From: Lachnospiraceae bacterium
Lineage (GTDB): Bacteria > Bacillota > Clostridia > Lachnospirales > Lachnospiraceae
Assembly: GCA_017540265.1 (NCBI GenBank)
Contig: JAFYBJ010000008.1
Span: 8,109 to 72,108, forward strand
Direction: 5' to 3'
Length of the DNA: 64,000 nucleotides
The position numbers and the translations under genes were made by a program. Positions 38,707 to 49,061 of this stretch are shown here, piece after piece. The notes under the pieces are model-generated. The model was given only the letters and a program-made list of their open reading frames with translations. It was not told where the DNA came from and made no database searches. How positions within the stretch are numbered: position 1 is the first letter of the stretch; every line of letters begins with the position of its first letter.

Positions 38707-40734
38707 TTAACGAAGCGGAAGGGCTGTGTCATAGATGTGCACGGCATCATGGCCTTCTCCCCTTGTATAAACGCAGGCGAATGTCTGCATAGCGGTTTCC
38801 TCATTGCATTCAAAGAAGGTGCTGCTTCGTATAGCGGCATCATAGACTATATAACGTATATTCTCATCACTGCATAGTTTTTTTAACCGCTCAGGCTCTC
38901 TGCAGGAAAACATCTCACCCGCCTTTTCCTCCCTCGACCAGGTATCATAACCTGCGCTCCAGGCAAAATAAGGCCAGCCGTAATACAGCATCGCCCCGCC
39001 CATTGTTATCTCATTTATGGAATACGGATCCGTAAGAAAGATATCGCTACAGTCGGAATTATCCATGACCCATTTTGTAAGCTCTGAATCCGTATCAAAC
39101 ATAAAATCCGTTTCCGTTCCGTTGCTCTTCACGATACACCTGAAGTCATATACGCCGTTTACCACGAGCATAAATGCAAGCACTGCCATGGTTAGCCCCC
39201 TCCAGATATCCTTATTTCCTTTAAGCCTTGTTAAAAACGATGCTGCATATATCGAAAGAAGCATCTGTGATGTAAGCACGTATTTATGATTTACGTTTAC
39301 ATCAACAGTAGTATGGAAGAGAAATGCAAATAGCGCCGGCGCAAGAAAAGCAAGCATATAAAGCCTTCCCCTTTTATCGACAAAGCAGCTCTCGGCAAGA
39401 AGCACAAACGGTAAGAGTCCGAAGCATTTGATGATAAACGCGATTATGCCCGAAATATCTGCAGGTGAAGCCAGATATCCCGGCATAAGACTGAATTCCA
39501 TCACGGAACCGTTTATAAAAACATGAGTCTGGAGCGAAGATAATGCCACTGCCATGGCAGCGCTTATAAGATACTCAAGACGCCTCTCCGAAAAAACCGC
39601 CATCACAAAAAGCACGATAAGGGCGGCAATAAGGGCAGCACCGTTAAAGAATCCGGAAAGTCCCATGATAAGCCCCAGTACTATGCACTGTCTCCATCTT
39701 ACAGGCTTCCAGGCACTGCTGTTTAGCAGCCGTATAAACAGTGCTTCCTTTTTTCCGTCTCCGGGATGTTCCCCTATAAAGAATTCCTTAAGGCTTCTCT
39801 CTGCCTTCACATCGGACGCAAAGAAGATGAGCGATATCAAAAGCACGCACATTCCGAACGCAAGATGTCTTTGATTTGCAAAGACATTTAAACTGTAAAG
39901 TCCCCAGTTTTCATTTGGAGTACTCCCTGTAAATTCCTTATTTTCCCGAAGCCACTCCATACCGCCGTTTTCCGCGGCATTGATAAAGACCGAAAAAGAA
40001 CTGCGAAACTGCGACAGGATCACTGCGATAAAAGCCGTGCTTCTTTTTCCGGTAAGCATTGCCGCGAGCACATATATCAGTATGCACATACAGGTATAGA
40101 ATACCGCTCCGGTAAGATTAAAAGCTATATCAAGACGCATCCCCAGGCGTTCCAGACATCCGTTAAAGAACTGGTTCATGAAATGATATCTTATATCCTC
40201 GCCCGCAAAATGTGAGTATGATGTCGGAAAATTATTTCCGTGGGAAAAAGAACGTATCATATCAAGATGCGTGGAAAAATCACCGAAAACGGAGAGTCCC
40301 ACATGGTATCTGCCATCCTCCACAAAAAAGACTTTCCTCATAAGATAAGTCCCGAGAAAAGCAACAGCCGTTATGATCATAATATCCGCCGGTCTAAAAC
40401 CTTTTACGGAATTCTTAAGATCTTTCAGTATCCCTTCCGCATCCCTGTAAAACTCAAATATGATAAAAAGCAGTTCCAGGAAAAAGACCGTCACCTCGCC
40501 GTAAAAAATCCCGTCGCCGGTACCCCTTAAGATATAAGCAAGGATATAAGCCGGCCAGGAAGTTAAAACAACAAAGGAAACAAGCGCTAAAGGATAAACT
40601 AAAAGTGCGGACGGAAGAATCGCTTTCCCGCCTTTTATGTCCCTTATACCGTTACGGAACAACCCCTTAAAGAAATGTCTTATGAAGAGGAACCCGCTTG
40701 CAAGTCCCGTTATTATGTAAATAAATGCAGCCAT
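38707..40734 (-). CDS. polytopic membrane protein, GT-C glycosyltransferase-like
   Basis: Many TM helices, a loop GDFSTHLDMIRSF...FAGEDIRYHF, and a soluble C-terminal domain (IFLTDP...YYGWPYFAWSAG...IRYIV). Confidence 0.6.
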   Translation of the reverse strand: MAAFIYIITGLASGFLFIRHFFKGLFRNGIRDIKGGKAILPSALLVYPLALVSFVVLTSWPAYILAYILRGTGDGIFYGEVTVFFLELLFIIFEFYRDAEGILKDLKNSVKGFRPADIMIITAVAFLGTYLMRKVFFVEDGRYHVGLSVFGDFSTHLDMIRSFSHGNNFPTSYSHFAGEDIRYHFMNQFFNGCLERLGMRLDIAFNLTGAVFYTCMCILIYVLAAMLTGKRSTAFIAVILSQFRSSFSVFINAAENGGMEWLRENKEFTGSTPNENWGLYSLNVFANQRHLAFGMCVLLISLIFFASDVKAERSLKEFFIGEHPGDGKKEALFIRLLNSSAWKPVRWRQCIVLGLIMGLSGFFNGAALIAALIVLFVMAVFSERRLEYLISAAMAVALSSLQTHVFINGSVMEFSLMPGYLASPADISGIIAFIIKCFGLLPFVLLAESCFVDKRGRLYMLAFLAPALFAFLFHTTVDVNVNHKYVLTSQMLLSIYAASFLTRLKGNKDIWRGLTMAVLAFMLVVNGVYDFRCIVKSNGTETDFMFDTDSELTKWVMDNSDCSDIFLTDPYSINEITMGGAMLYYGWPYFAWSAGYDTWSREEKAGEMFSCREPERLKKLCSDENIRYIVYDAAIRSSTFFECNEETAMQTFACVYTRGEGHDAVHIYDTALPLR

Positions 40735-40759
40735 GACCGGAACATTATATCCCTTTTCA

Positions 40760-40788
40760 TTGAAAAGAAAAACCTTTTGTTGTATCAT
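40760..40788 (+). promoter_or_regulatory. argG promoter
   Basis: TTGAAA-17bp-TATCAT. Confidence 0.6.
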
Positions 40789-40830
40789 TTACGGCGATAT
40801 GTACATTTTTATTACGGAGGTAACGATATC

Positions 40831-42045
40831 ATGAAAGAAAAAGTCATTCTTGCTTATTCGGGCGGCCTTGATACCACGGCCATCATACCCTGGCTCAAGG
40901 AAAACTTTGATTATGAAGTAGTCTGTGTATGTGTGGACTGCGGACAGGAATCAGAGCTTGACGGTCTCGAAGAAAGAGCGATCTCCTGCGGAGCTTCAAA
41001 ACTCTACATCGAGGATGTTACTGATGAATTTGCAGACGAATACATCATGCCCTGTGTGAAGGCTCATGCCGTATACGAGAACAAATATCTCTTAGGCACA
41101 TCCATGGCACGCCCCCTTATCGCAAAGCGTCTCGTTGAGATTGCCCGTAAGGAAGGCGCAACAGCCATCTGCCACGGTGCTACCGGAAAAGGTAATGACC
41201 AGATAAGGTTTGAACTCGGAATAAAGGCCCTTGCTCCCGATATAAAGATCATAGCAGCATGGAGAAACGACAAGTGGACAATGAACAGCCGTGAGGAAGA
41301 GATCGAATACTGCAGAGCTCATGGCATCACTCTCCCCTTTGACGCATCACATTCCTACAGCCGTGACAGGAACTTATGGCATATAAGCCATGAAGGCCTT
41401 GAGCTTGAGGATCCCGCAAACGAGCCCAATTACGATCATCTGCTCGTCCTTGGCGTTACTCCCGAAAAGGCACCTGATGAGGGCGAATATGTAAGCATGC
41501 ATTTTGAAAAGGGCGTTCCCGTTTCCATAAACGGAAAAGAAATGAAAGTTTCCGATATCATCAGGGAATTAAACCGTCTCGGCGGAAAGCACGGCATAGG
41601 CATAATCGATATCGTTGAAAACAGAGTTGTGGGCATGAAGAGCCGCGGCGTATATGAGACCCCCGGCGGAACCATACTCTACGAGGCTCACAAGCAGCTC
41701 GAAGAGCTCATTCTCGACAGAGAGACCACAAAGACCAAGCTTGATCTGGGCAATCTCTTTGCCCAGATCGTATACGAAGGAAAGTGGTTTACACCCCTCC
41801 GCGAAGCAGTACAGGCATTTGTTGAGAGCACCGAGCAGTATATCACAGGCGATGTGAAGTTCAAGCTCTACAAGGGCAACATAATCAAAGCAGGCGAGAC
41901 TTCTCCCTATTCTCTCTACAATGAGAGCATCGCTTCCTTTACCACGGGGGATCTTTATGACCACAAGGATGCCGAAGGCTTTATCAATCTCTTCGGTCTT
42001 TCAAGCAAAGTACGCGGCATGAAGATGCAGGAACTTTCAAAATAA
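40831..42045 (+). CDS. argG: argininosuccinate synthase
   Basis: LAYSGGLDT, HGATGKGNDQIRFE, KSRGVYETPG; GGAGG SD. Confidence 0.98.
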   Translation: MKEKVILAYSGGLDTTAIIPWLKENFDYEVVCVCVDCGQESELDGLEERAISCGASKLYIEDVTDEFADEYIMPCVKAHAVYENKYLLGTSMARPLIAKRLVEIARKEGATAICHGATGKGNDQIRFELGIKALAPDIKIIAAWRNDKWTMNSREEEIEYCRAHGITLPFDASHSYSRDRNLWHISHEGLELEDPANEPNYDHLLVLGVTPEKAPDEGEYVSMHFEKGVPVSINGKEMKVSDIIRELNRLGGKHGIGIIDIVENRVVGMKSRGVYETPGGTILYEAHKQLEELILDRETTKTKLDLGNLFAQIVYEGKWFTPLREAVQAFVESTEQYITGDVKFKLYKGNIIKAGETSPYSLYNESIASFTTGDLYDHKDAEGFINLFGLSSKVRGMKMQELSK

Positions 42046-42055
42046 CTGACAGACT

Positions 42056-42093
42056 AAAAAATATCCGTCGCGTATGACGCGGCGGATATTTTT
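42056..42093 (+). terminator. intrinsic (bidirectional-type) terminator after argG
   Basis: AAAAATATCCGTCGCGT-atg-ACGCGGCGGATATTTTT. Confidence 0.85.
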
Positions 42094-42117
42094 ATCCTTT
42101 AAGCCGAAAATACAAAT

Positions 42118-42414
42118 ATGAATCTTAATGTTAAAGAAATCATAATCCTGTATCTTGCCGTGATAAACTTCTGCGGCTTTGCATCAATGTTCATCGACAA
42201 GAGACGGGCCATCAGACGTGCATGGCGCATCCCCGAAAAGATGCTCTTTCTTATTGCCTTCGCCGGAGGTTCTCTTGGTTCCACGATCGGAATGTTCACC
42301 TTCAGGCATAAGACAAAACACTGGTATTTCCGTTTCGGTATGCCGCTTATATTCGCACTTCAGATCATAACAGCCTGCTATATCATAGGTTCCGGGCGGA
42401 TAGAGATCATGTGA
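42118..42414 (+). CDS. DUF1294-family membrane protein
   Basis: DKRRA...WRIPEKML...GGSLG...FRHKTKH. Confidence 0.9.
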   Translation: MNLNVKEIIILYLAVINFCGFASMFIDKRRAIRRAWRIPEKMLFLIAFAGGSLGSTIGMFTFRHKTKHWYFRFGMPLIFALQIITACYIIGSGRIEIM

Positions 42415-43143
42415 TCACCACATCTGTATAAGGGCGTTCTCCACGCCTTCCGAATTTGTTATCGACACCGAATGCTTTCCGTCGATAAGTCCGTAAGCAC
42501 AGCTTACCTTCTCATCCCTCCCGATCTCTTTTTTGTAATGGATACGGAATTCATCAAAAGGCACCTTTTCATATACCTCATCAGGGAGCACATCCTCAGC
42601 AATGGCCATATACGCGGTATTATGTACATGTCCAACCACATCAAGCCTGTCCCTTTTAGGCTGAAACGGCGCCGTAAGGATCACTTCGTCTATTTTCTCC
42701 CTGCCTCTTAAGAAAACATCTTTACCATCAAAAAGCTTTTTTGTTTCGGGACCGAAGGGTTCATATATTTCTTCAGTTATCCTGGCGATCTTTCGCTTAT
42801 CCGGCTCAAATGCAACCCATGAAGAAGAAGCCCTGACAAGCACTTCTTTGCTTTGCTTATCCCTTATCTCAAAGTCACGGTTTAATATGGTCCTTGATAT
42901 ATCCCTTCCCCATGTACAAACCTCAAGCTTATCCCCATAGACCGGTCTTTTATCAACCTTTACATACCAGTCTATCAGTAAGAATGTGATATTGGTACGC
43001 TTCATATCATTTATCCCGTAGCCTGCGGCATCGGAATGCTCCGATGCCGTATTTACCATCATTTCCATTAACATCTCATTGGACACCCTTCCATCCGGTC
43101 CAATGCCAATGATCCCCGGTTTCTGTTCCGACTTAAATATCAT
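42415..43143 (-). CDS. acyl-ACP thioesterase
   Basis: Double hotdog pattern; RPVYGDKLEVCTW, LDVVGHVHNTAY. Confidence 0.85.
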   Translation of the reverse strand: MIFKSEQKPGIIGIGPDGRVSNEMLMEMMVNTASEHSDAAGYGINDMKRTNITFLLIDWYVKVDKRPVYGDKLEVCTWGRDISRTILNRDFEIRDKQSKEVLVRASSSWVAFEPDKRKIARITEEIYEPFGPETKKLFDGKDVFLRGREKIDEVILTAPFQPKRDRLDVVGHVHNTAYMAIAEDVLPDEVYEKVPFDEFRIHYKKEIGRDEKVSCAYGLIDGKHSVSITNSEGVENALIQMW

Positions 43144-43161
43144 TATGTTCTTCCTTTTCTT

Positions 43162-45744
43162 TTATTTTTTAACTGCCTTAAGACCTTCGGGAGAAACAAC
43201 TATCTCTATCTCATCGCCCTCGGATATATTTCCCGAAAGTATAAGTTTTGCGGATATGGTCTCAACGGTCTTTTGTATATAACGCTTAAGAGGCCTTGCC
43301 CCGTATGCAGGGTCATAGGCAGCTTCCGCGATATATGCAGCAGCCTCGTCCGTAAGGCTTAAATGTATATCCCTGTCTGCAAGCCTTTCATTTAAGGATT
43401 CCATAATAAGCCCCGTGATGCCTTTTATATTGTCCTTTGTGAGAGGCTTGAACATAACTATTTCATCAAGACGGTTTAAAAATTCAGGTCTGAAATGGGC
43501 TTTAAGCTCACTCTCACAGGCTGCCTTTGCATCCTCAGCTATATTACCATACACGTCAATGCCCTCTAAAAGGAAACGCGCACCTATATTGGAGGTCATG
43601 ATGATGATCGTATTTTTAAAATCCACGGTACGTCCCTGTGAATCCGTGATACGTCCGTCATCAAGGACCTGGAGCAGTATATTGAACACATCCGGATGCG
43701 CCTTTTCTATCTCATCAAAAAGTACTACGGAGTAGGGTTTTCTGCGCACGGCTTCGGTGAGCTGACCGCCTTCATCATAGCCAACATATCCCGGAGGCGC
43801 TCCCACAAGCCTTGATACGGAATGTTTTTCCATATATTCACTCATGTCGATACGTACAATATTTTTCTCATCATCAAACAAGGCTTCCGCAAGGGCTTTG
43901 GCAAGCTCTGTCTTACCCACACCGGTAGGTCCTAAGAATAAGAACGATCCTATGGGTCTTCCAGGATCCTTTATTCCGGCCTTTGAACGTATTATCGCTT
44001 CGGACACCTTAGTTACGGCATCATCCTGGCCTATCACTCTCTTATGAAGCTCATCTTCCAGATGGAGTGTTTTGTTTCTTTCCGACTCATTTAATTTATT
44101 TACCGGTATCCCCGTCCAACGGGACACTATACGTCCTATCTCATCTTCGGATACATTTTCATGAACAAGCCTTGCTTCTCTTTTTCCGGCAAGCTCCTCC
44201 TCTGTCTCAAGTTCCTTTTTCAAAGCCGGCAAACGACCATAGGAAAGCTCCGCGGCCTTTTCCAGATCCCCGTTCCTTTGTGCGATCTGTATGTCATTAT
44301 TGACGCTTTCTATCTGTTCTCTTATGGCTGAAAGCCTGTCCACGGCAGATTTTTCATTTTCCCACTGGGCCTTTTCCTTTGCAAATTCTTCCTTTTCCTC
44401 AGCAAGCTCTCTCGATAGTTCTTCTAACCGTTCCCTGCTTAAGTTATCATCTTCTTTCTTAAGGGCAGCAGCTTCTATCTCCATCTGCATGATGCGTCTC
44501 TGCTTTTCATCAAGCTCTGCCGGAAGGCTGTCAAGCTCGGTCTTTATCATTGCGCAGGCTTCATCCACAAGGTCAATGGCCTTATCCGGAAGGAAACGAT
44601 CGCTTATATATCTGTTTGATAGCACGGCAGCAGCCACCAGCGCATTATCAAGTATCTTTACCCCGTGATATACCTCATACCGGTCCTTTAAGCCCCTTAA
44701 AATGGAAATGGTATCCTCAACCGTAGGCTCGCCTACCATCACAGGCTGGAAACGTCTCTCAAGAGCAGGATCCTTCTCTATATATTTTCTGTATTCGTCC
44801 AGCGTGGTAGCTCCGATGCAGTGAAGCTCTCCTCTTGCGAGCATGGGCTTTAAAAGATTTCCCGCATCCATGGAGCCTTCTGTCTTTCCTGCGCCTACTA
44901 TGGTATGAAGCTCATCGATGAACAGTATTATCCTGCCATCTGAATTCTTAACTTCGGAAAGCACAGCCTTAAGTCTTTCTTCAAATTCTCCCCTGTATTT
45001 TGCGCCTGCGACAAGTGCTCCCATATCCAGTGAAAATATAGTCTTATCCTTAAGAGTCTCCGGCACATCGCCTCTTACTATCCTCTGGGCAAGCCCCTCT
45101 ACGGCAGCAGTCTTTCCCACTCCCGGTTCACCTATGAGCACGGGATTGTTCTTCGTCTTTCTTGACAGGATACGGATCACATTCCTTATCTCCGCATCCC
45201 TTCCTATAACAGGGTCAAGCTTCTGCTCACGCGCACGTTTTACAAGATACTGGCCGTACTTTTCAAGAGTATCGTAGGTAGCTTCCGGATTATCACTCGT
45301 AACTCTCTGATTACCTCTCACCTCCGCAAGTACCCTTAAGAATCTGTCCCTTGTTATGCCATATTCCGTAAAGATGTCCTTCACTCCCTTATTGGGTCTC
45401 TTTATCATGGATAAGAACAGATGCTCCACGGAAACATATTCATCTCCCATGGCCTTGGCCTCATCCTCGGCATGATTAAGTACATTATTTAAATCCCTGC
45501 CGACTATAAGACTGCCGCCGCTTACCTTAACCCTTCGTGAAAGAGCCTGTTCCACACGGCTTACAAAGTGTTCTTTATTTATCTCCATCTTTTCGATGAG
45601 CTTGAGTATCAGACTGTCATCAAGATCCAAAAGAGCCTTTAAGAGATGCTCCTCTTCCATTTCCTGATTTCCGTATTCCGATGCAAGCTTTTCAACATCC
45701 TGTAATGCCTGTACGGAGTTCTGTGTAAATTTTTGAATATTCAT
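43162..45744 (-). CDS. clpB: ATP-dependent disaggregase ClpB
   Basis: Two AAA+ domains ([16 protein letters not shown]) and a long coiled-coil middle domain; start MNIQKFT. Confidence 0.97.
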   Translation of the reverse strand: MNIQKFTQNSVQALQDVEKLASEYGNQEMEEEHLLKALLDLDDSLILKLIEKMEINKEHFVSRVEQALSRRVKVSGGSLIVGRDLNNVLNHAEDEAKAMGDEYVSVEHLFLSMIKRPNKGVKDIFTEYGITRDRFLRVLAEVRGNQRVTSDNPEATYDTLEKYGQYLVKRAREQKLDPVIGRDAEIRNVIRILSRKTKNNPVLIGEPGVGKTAAVEGLAQRIVRGDVPETLKDKTIFSLDMGALVAGAKYRGEFEERLKAVLSEVKNSDGRIILFIDELHTIVGAGKTEGSMDAGNLLKPMLARGELHCIGATTLDEYRKYIEKDPALERRFQPVMVGEPTVEDTISILRGLKDRYEVYHGVKILDNALVAAAVLSNRYISDRFLPDKAIDLVDEACAMIKTELDSLPAELDEKQRRIMQMEIEAAALKKEDDNLSRERLEELSRELAEEKEEFAKEKAQWENEKSAVDRLSAIREQIESVNNDIQIAQRNGDLEKAAELSYGRLPALKKELETEEELAGKREARLVHENVSEDEIGRIVSRWTGIPVNKLNESERNKTLHLEDELHKRVIGQDDAVTKVSEAIIRSKAGIKDPGRPIGSFLFLGPTGVGKTELAKALAEALFDDEKNIVRIDMSEYMEKHSVSRLVGAPPGYVGYDEGGQLTEAVRRKPYSVVLFDEIEKAHPDVFNILLQVLDDGRITDSQGRTVDFKNTIIIMTSNIGARFLLEGIDVYGNIAEDAKAACESELKAHFRPEFLNRLDEIVMFKPLTKDNIKGITGLIMESLNERLADRDIHLSLTDEAAAYIAEAAYDPAYGARPLKRYIQKTVETISAKLILSGNISEGDEIEIVVSPEGLKAVKK

Positions 45745-45805
45745 AAGACCTGCACCTCCCTTCATGCATGCTGTACGATTTACATAAAAAATGATAGCAC
45801 TGTTA

Positions 45806-45832
45806 TTAGCACTCGTCAAGTATGAGTGCTAA
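45806..45832. promoter_or_regulatory. CIRCE element (HrcA operator) overlapping the clpB -35
   Basis: Perfect TTAGCACTC-N9-GAGTGCTAA; minus-strand promoter TTGACG(45819-45814)-17bp-TATCAT(45796-45791). Confidence 0.95.
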
Positions 45833-45895
45833 TAATAATGTTCCGGACCGGATCCCGTGCCCGTACAAGCACCCGCCTTACTGCCTTTATCGCAC

Positions 45896-45928
45896 AAAAA
45901 AAGGTACGGCCTCATTCAGACCGTACCC
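45896..45928 (-). terminator. terminator after the soluble MCP
   Basis: GGTACGG/CCGTACC stem followed by T7 on the minus strand. Confidence 0.75.
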
Positions 45929-45951
45929 TTAAGCTCATAAGAGAGATATCA

Positions 45952-46917
45952 TCAGATATCCTTTATTATATACGGAAGCTGGGTAATGACATTATCAAAA
46001 TCCTCAAAAAGTATACCCTTTTCCGTATCGGAATCCTTGATGGCATTTATCTGGTTTCCTGTATCAGCAAAATTCTGTATGGTACTCTCTATCCTGGAGG
46101 TGATATTCTTTACATTCCTGCGGCTTTCATCCACAGTGCCTCCAATGCTTGAATTGACCTCGTCGATGCCTCCTACCGCATCGCTTATATCACTGAATAT
46201 CTTCCTGGTCTCACTTACACCTTCCATGCTTATCTTTAATGCATTTCCGGATTCTTCAAGACCATTGTGAAGCTGCCTTGTGCGTTCCTCCATATCTGCG
46301 ATACTTCCGTTTATATCACCGATAAGAGTCTTTATGGCATCCGCAAGCTTTCCCACTTCTTCGGCAACTACGGCAAAGCCTCTTCCCTGATCACCTGCCC
46401 TTGCAGCCTCTATGGAAGCGTTAAGAGCAAGTATGTTAGTCTGGTTTACAAGCTTTGTGATGCCAATTGTATGCTGCTTGACTTCCGCCACGGATTTCTC
46501 CATATCTTCAAAAGCCCTGTTCATATCTCCAAAGCGGTCTGTTACAAGCTCTGAGCTTTTTTCCAGATTGTTTACCTTTCCTACGGCATTGTCAACCGAT
46601 TCCTGAACCCTTCCCTGAAGCTCACCGTATTTCTCGGTGATGCCTATTATCTGTTCAAAGCTGTCCTTTATCCTCTCGCATTCATCCAGGAGCTCTGCAT
46701 TTCCCTGCTGTGATCTGTCAATGCTTTCCGCAATGCTGTCGATCTCCCTGAAGGTCTTTAAATTCTGCTTTACCAGTTCTTCGTTATTCTTTTTAAGGTA
46801 CTGTATGGCAAGGGAGAGAGCTTCCTTGTCCTCTTTGATATTCGCTGCCTGCACTGCACTTTTATCCGGAGCTTCGGGAAGAACGGCCTTTACCTCTTTT
46901 TTACTGAATAATCCCAT
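45952..46917 (-). CDS. soluble methyl-accepting chemotaxis protein (no sensor domain, no TM)
   Basis: [30 protein letters not shown] within a long coiled coil. Confidence 0.92.
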   Translation of the reverse strand: MGLFSKKEVKAVLPEAPDKSAVQAANIKEDKEALSLAIQYLKKNNEELVKQNLKTFREIDSIAESIDRSQQGNAELLDECERIKDSFEQIIGITEKYGELQGRVQESVDNAVGKVNNLEKSSELVTDRFGDMNRAFEDMEKSVAEVKQHTIGITKLVNQTNILALNASIEAARAGDQGRGFAVVAEEVGKLADAIKTLIGDINGSIADMEERTRQLHNGLEESGNALKISMEGVSETRKIFSDISDAVGGIDEVNSSIGGTVDESRRNVKNITSRIESTIQNFADTGNQINAIKDSDTEKGILFEDFDNVITQLPYIIKDI

Positions 46918-46929
46918 GATCTTCCTCCT

Positions 46930-47988
46930 TTATGAAAATGCGATGCCGCACATTGTCTGATTTACATGCTGCCTGCAATAATGCTCTCCGACACCCACAA
47001 GACCTGCATGGGAACCGAATCTATTCATATTCCTCAGATAATCTCCGAAGTATTTTTCGTTATTGAACAAAAGATATCTGAACAGACAGTTTACGGAGAA
47101 TATTCCGGAAACAGAACCTATATCCCTCTTCATCTGGTCTAAGGTATCCTCCACTATCTTCTTATAATCCTTAAGTTCCATAAGAGTGAGCACGTCCATA
47201 TCATTTACCTGCTTATAGCAGTCAAGAGCGCTTCCGTTTATCTCTTTTATGGATATAAGGTAGGTTTCATTTCCGAACACCCTTCCGAAAGGATTCTTAA
47301 ATGTCTGTGTAGCTACAGCGGAATCGGGTATTGAAAGTACATCCTGATAAAAACGTGCAGCCGGCTTTCCGTTCACTTCCACAAGAGTCTTATTCTTGGG
47401 ATTTGTTTTCGTAGCCACAAAACGGTCTCCCGTAGGCTCATAGATATTCTCTTTATAAGCCTTTATCTTTCCCGTATTGTTCTTTAACATAAGATACACG
47501 CAGCCGCCTTCATAGACTTTACCGTCTGCCGCCACTGCAGGACCGTCCACGGTACCTCCCACAAGAGGAATGTTTAACGGATCTAAGACCATATTAAACG
47601 TGGTCACCAGTCTTCCGTCTTCACCACAGGTGAAATCAAGACATGCGCTGGTTCCGGCGGAAGCCCCTGTCTTCTTTATGGATTCCTTGAGCCTGTCGGT
47701 ATACTTTACAGGCATCTCGGAAATATGCTCAATAGCTCCGGCATCAGCCTTCACATCATAGAAAGCAATGAGCGTGGTCCCCTTTTCATTCACTTCCGTA
47801 CCCGCATAGCTTATACCCATTCCTGCGATACTGGGTACTCCCGGATAGAGTTCCTCAAGCCTTGCTACATGGGCATTGAAGCTTTCCTTGCTTGTGATAA
47901 GGATAAGCGCATCCGGTGATTTGATCTTTGAAGCCGCCTCTTCAAGCCTTCCGGACTGGCTTACAGCATATTGCTGTTTCATCTGCAT
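46930..47988 (-). CDS. FIST-domain sensory protein
   Basis: PLVGGT, LVEVNGKPAA, NPFGR, NCLFR, GEHYCRQHVNQT (FIST_N + FIST_C pattern). Confidence 0.85.
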   Translation of the reverse strand: MQMKQQYAVSQSGRLEEAASKIKSPDALILITSKESFNAHVARLEELYPGVPSIAGMGISYAGTEVNEKGTTLIAFYDVKADAGAIEHISEMPVKYTDRLKESIKKTGASAGTSACLDFTCGEDGRLVTTFNMVLDPLNIPLVGGTVDGPAVAADGKVYEGGCVYLMLKNNTGKIKAYKENIYEPTGDRFVATKTNPKNKTLVEVNGKPAARFYQDVLSIPDSAVATQTFKNPFGRVFGNETYLISIKEINGSALDCYKQVNDMDVLTLMELKDYKKIVEDTLDQMKRDIGSVSGIFSVNCLFRYLLFNNEKYFGDYLRNMNRFGSHAGLVGVGEHYCRQHVNQTMCGIAFS

Positions 47989-48092
47989 ACCTCCTCATGA
48001 TAGTAAGTGTAAAAGAATTGTTAAGCCATGTAATATTATAACATAATCAAAAGTAAATCTGTGATTTATTTATAAAAATTGCACAATTTTTT

Positions 48093-48923
48093 TTATGATT
48101 CGGGGCTGTTTTCCTTCCGGTATCTGCCGGGTGTTATTCCATAAGCTTTTTTAAAGGCATCCTTAAAATAATTACTTCCCGAAAAACCGCATTCAAGCGC
48201 CACCTCAGTTATACTGATCCTGCTCCCCGCAAGCAGTGCCGAAGCATGCTTCAATCTTACTAACTGCAGGTAATCATGCACCCCCATCCCGGTAAGTTCC
48301 CTGAATTTCGTGCTGAGATAATTCGGTGAAAGCCCGGCAGTAGCGGAGATATCATCAAGGCTTATCCTCTCCCGGAAATTAGACGACATATATCCCGCGG
48401 CCGCAAGTATGCACTTATCCCCCGTATGCAGTTCTTCCGAGAGCGCATCCCATTCATCACCGTGCCTTAAGGACAGCATAAGGAGCTCTGAAAGCCTTGC
48501 CCTGTTTATCTCTTCAGAGTAAACATCCGGATGTTCCTCTTCATCAAGCATCAGGCTTAAGATATATTCAGTCCTGGCCATACCCGCAGGATCGAGTCTG
48601 AGAATAAGTTTTTCTCTGAAGGAAAGGATATCAAAATCCTCCAGCACTTCCTTTATATCATCCTTCCTGAAAAATACATTAGTCCTTTTACAGGGTATAT
48701 CACCATAGTAACGCATGTAATGCACGATCTGTGGTGATATGATCAGAAGATCTCCCGCTTCCAGATCATACATGCCGTCTTTTATGAAGGCTCTTACTGT
48801 TCCCGTCTCCACATAATAAAGCTCATAATACGGATGGAGATGGAATTTCGGCATCTTAAAACTCTTCTCCCTGATAAAACGTTCCACATATACCCTGTCT
48901 ATATTTTTATCTGATATCCTCAT
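48093..48923 (-). CDS. AraC-family transcriptional regulator
   Basis: Cupin FHLHPYYELYY; C-terminal HTH LSPNYLS...EVALECGFSGSNYF. Confidence 0.93.
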   Translation of the reverse strand: MRISDKNIDRVYVERFIREKSFKMPKFHLHPYYELYYVETGTVRAFIKDGMYDLEAGDLLIISPQIVHYMRYYGDIPCKRTNVFFRKDDIKEVLEDFDILSFREKLILRLDPAGMARTEYILSLMLDEEEHPDVYSEEINRARLSELLMLSLRHGDEWDALSEELHTGDKCILAAAGYMSSNFRERISLDDISATAGLSPNYLSTKFRELTGMGVHDYLQLVRLKHASALLAGSRISITEVALECGFSGSNYFKDAFKKAYGITPGRYRKENSPES

Positions 48924-49061
48924 TTGTCTCCGTAATATTTCAGTATTTTTTGTTTTTCTTCGCAATAAATCGGTAGCGAATAATTATTTTTTCTCTTATT
49001 ATACGCCTTAAAGAGGTAAAAAACACGCAGTAAACTCAATATCAATCGAAAAGGGGCAGAA

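Noticed and set aside
40790-40815. ARG box upstream of argG
   Set aside because: Only a weak resemblance to the TGMAT-N4-ATKCA consensus
48015-48095. Possible Rex-like operator or palindrome (AAAAATTG-CA-CAATTTTT) upstream of the FIST gene
   Set aside because: AT-rich and a poor match to the Rex consensus; it cannot be assigned
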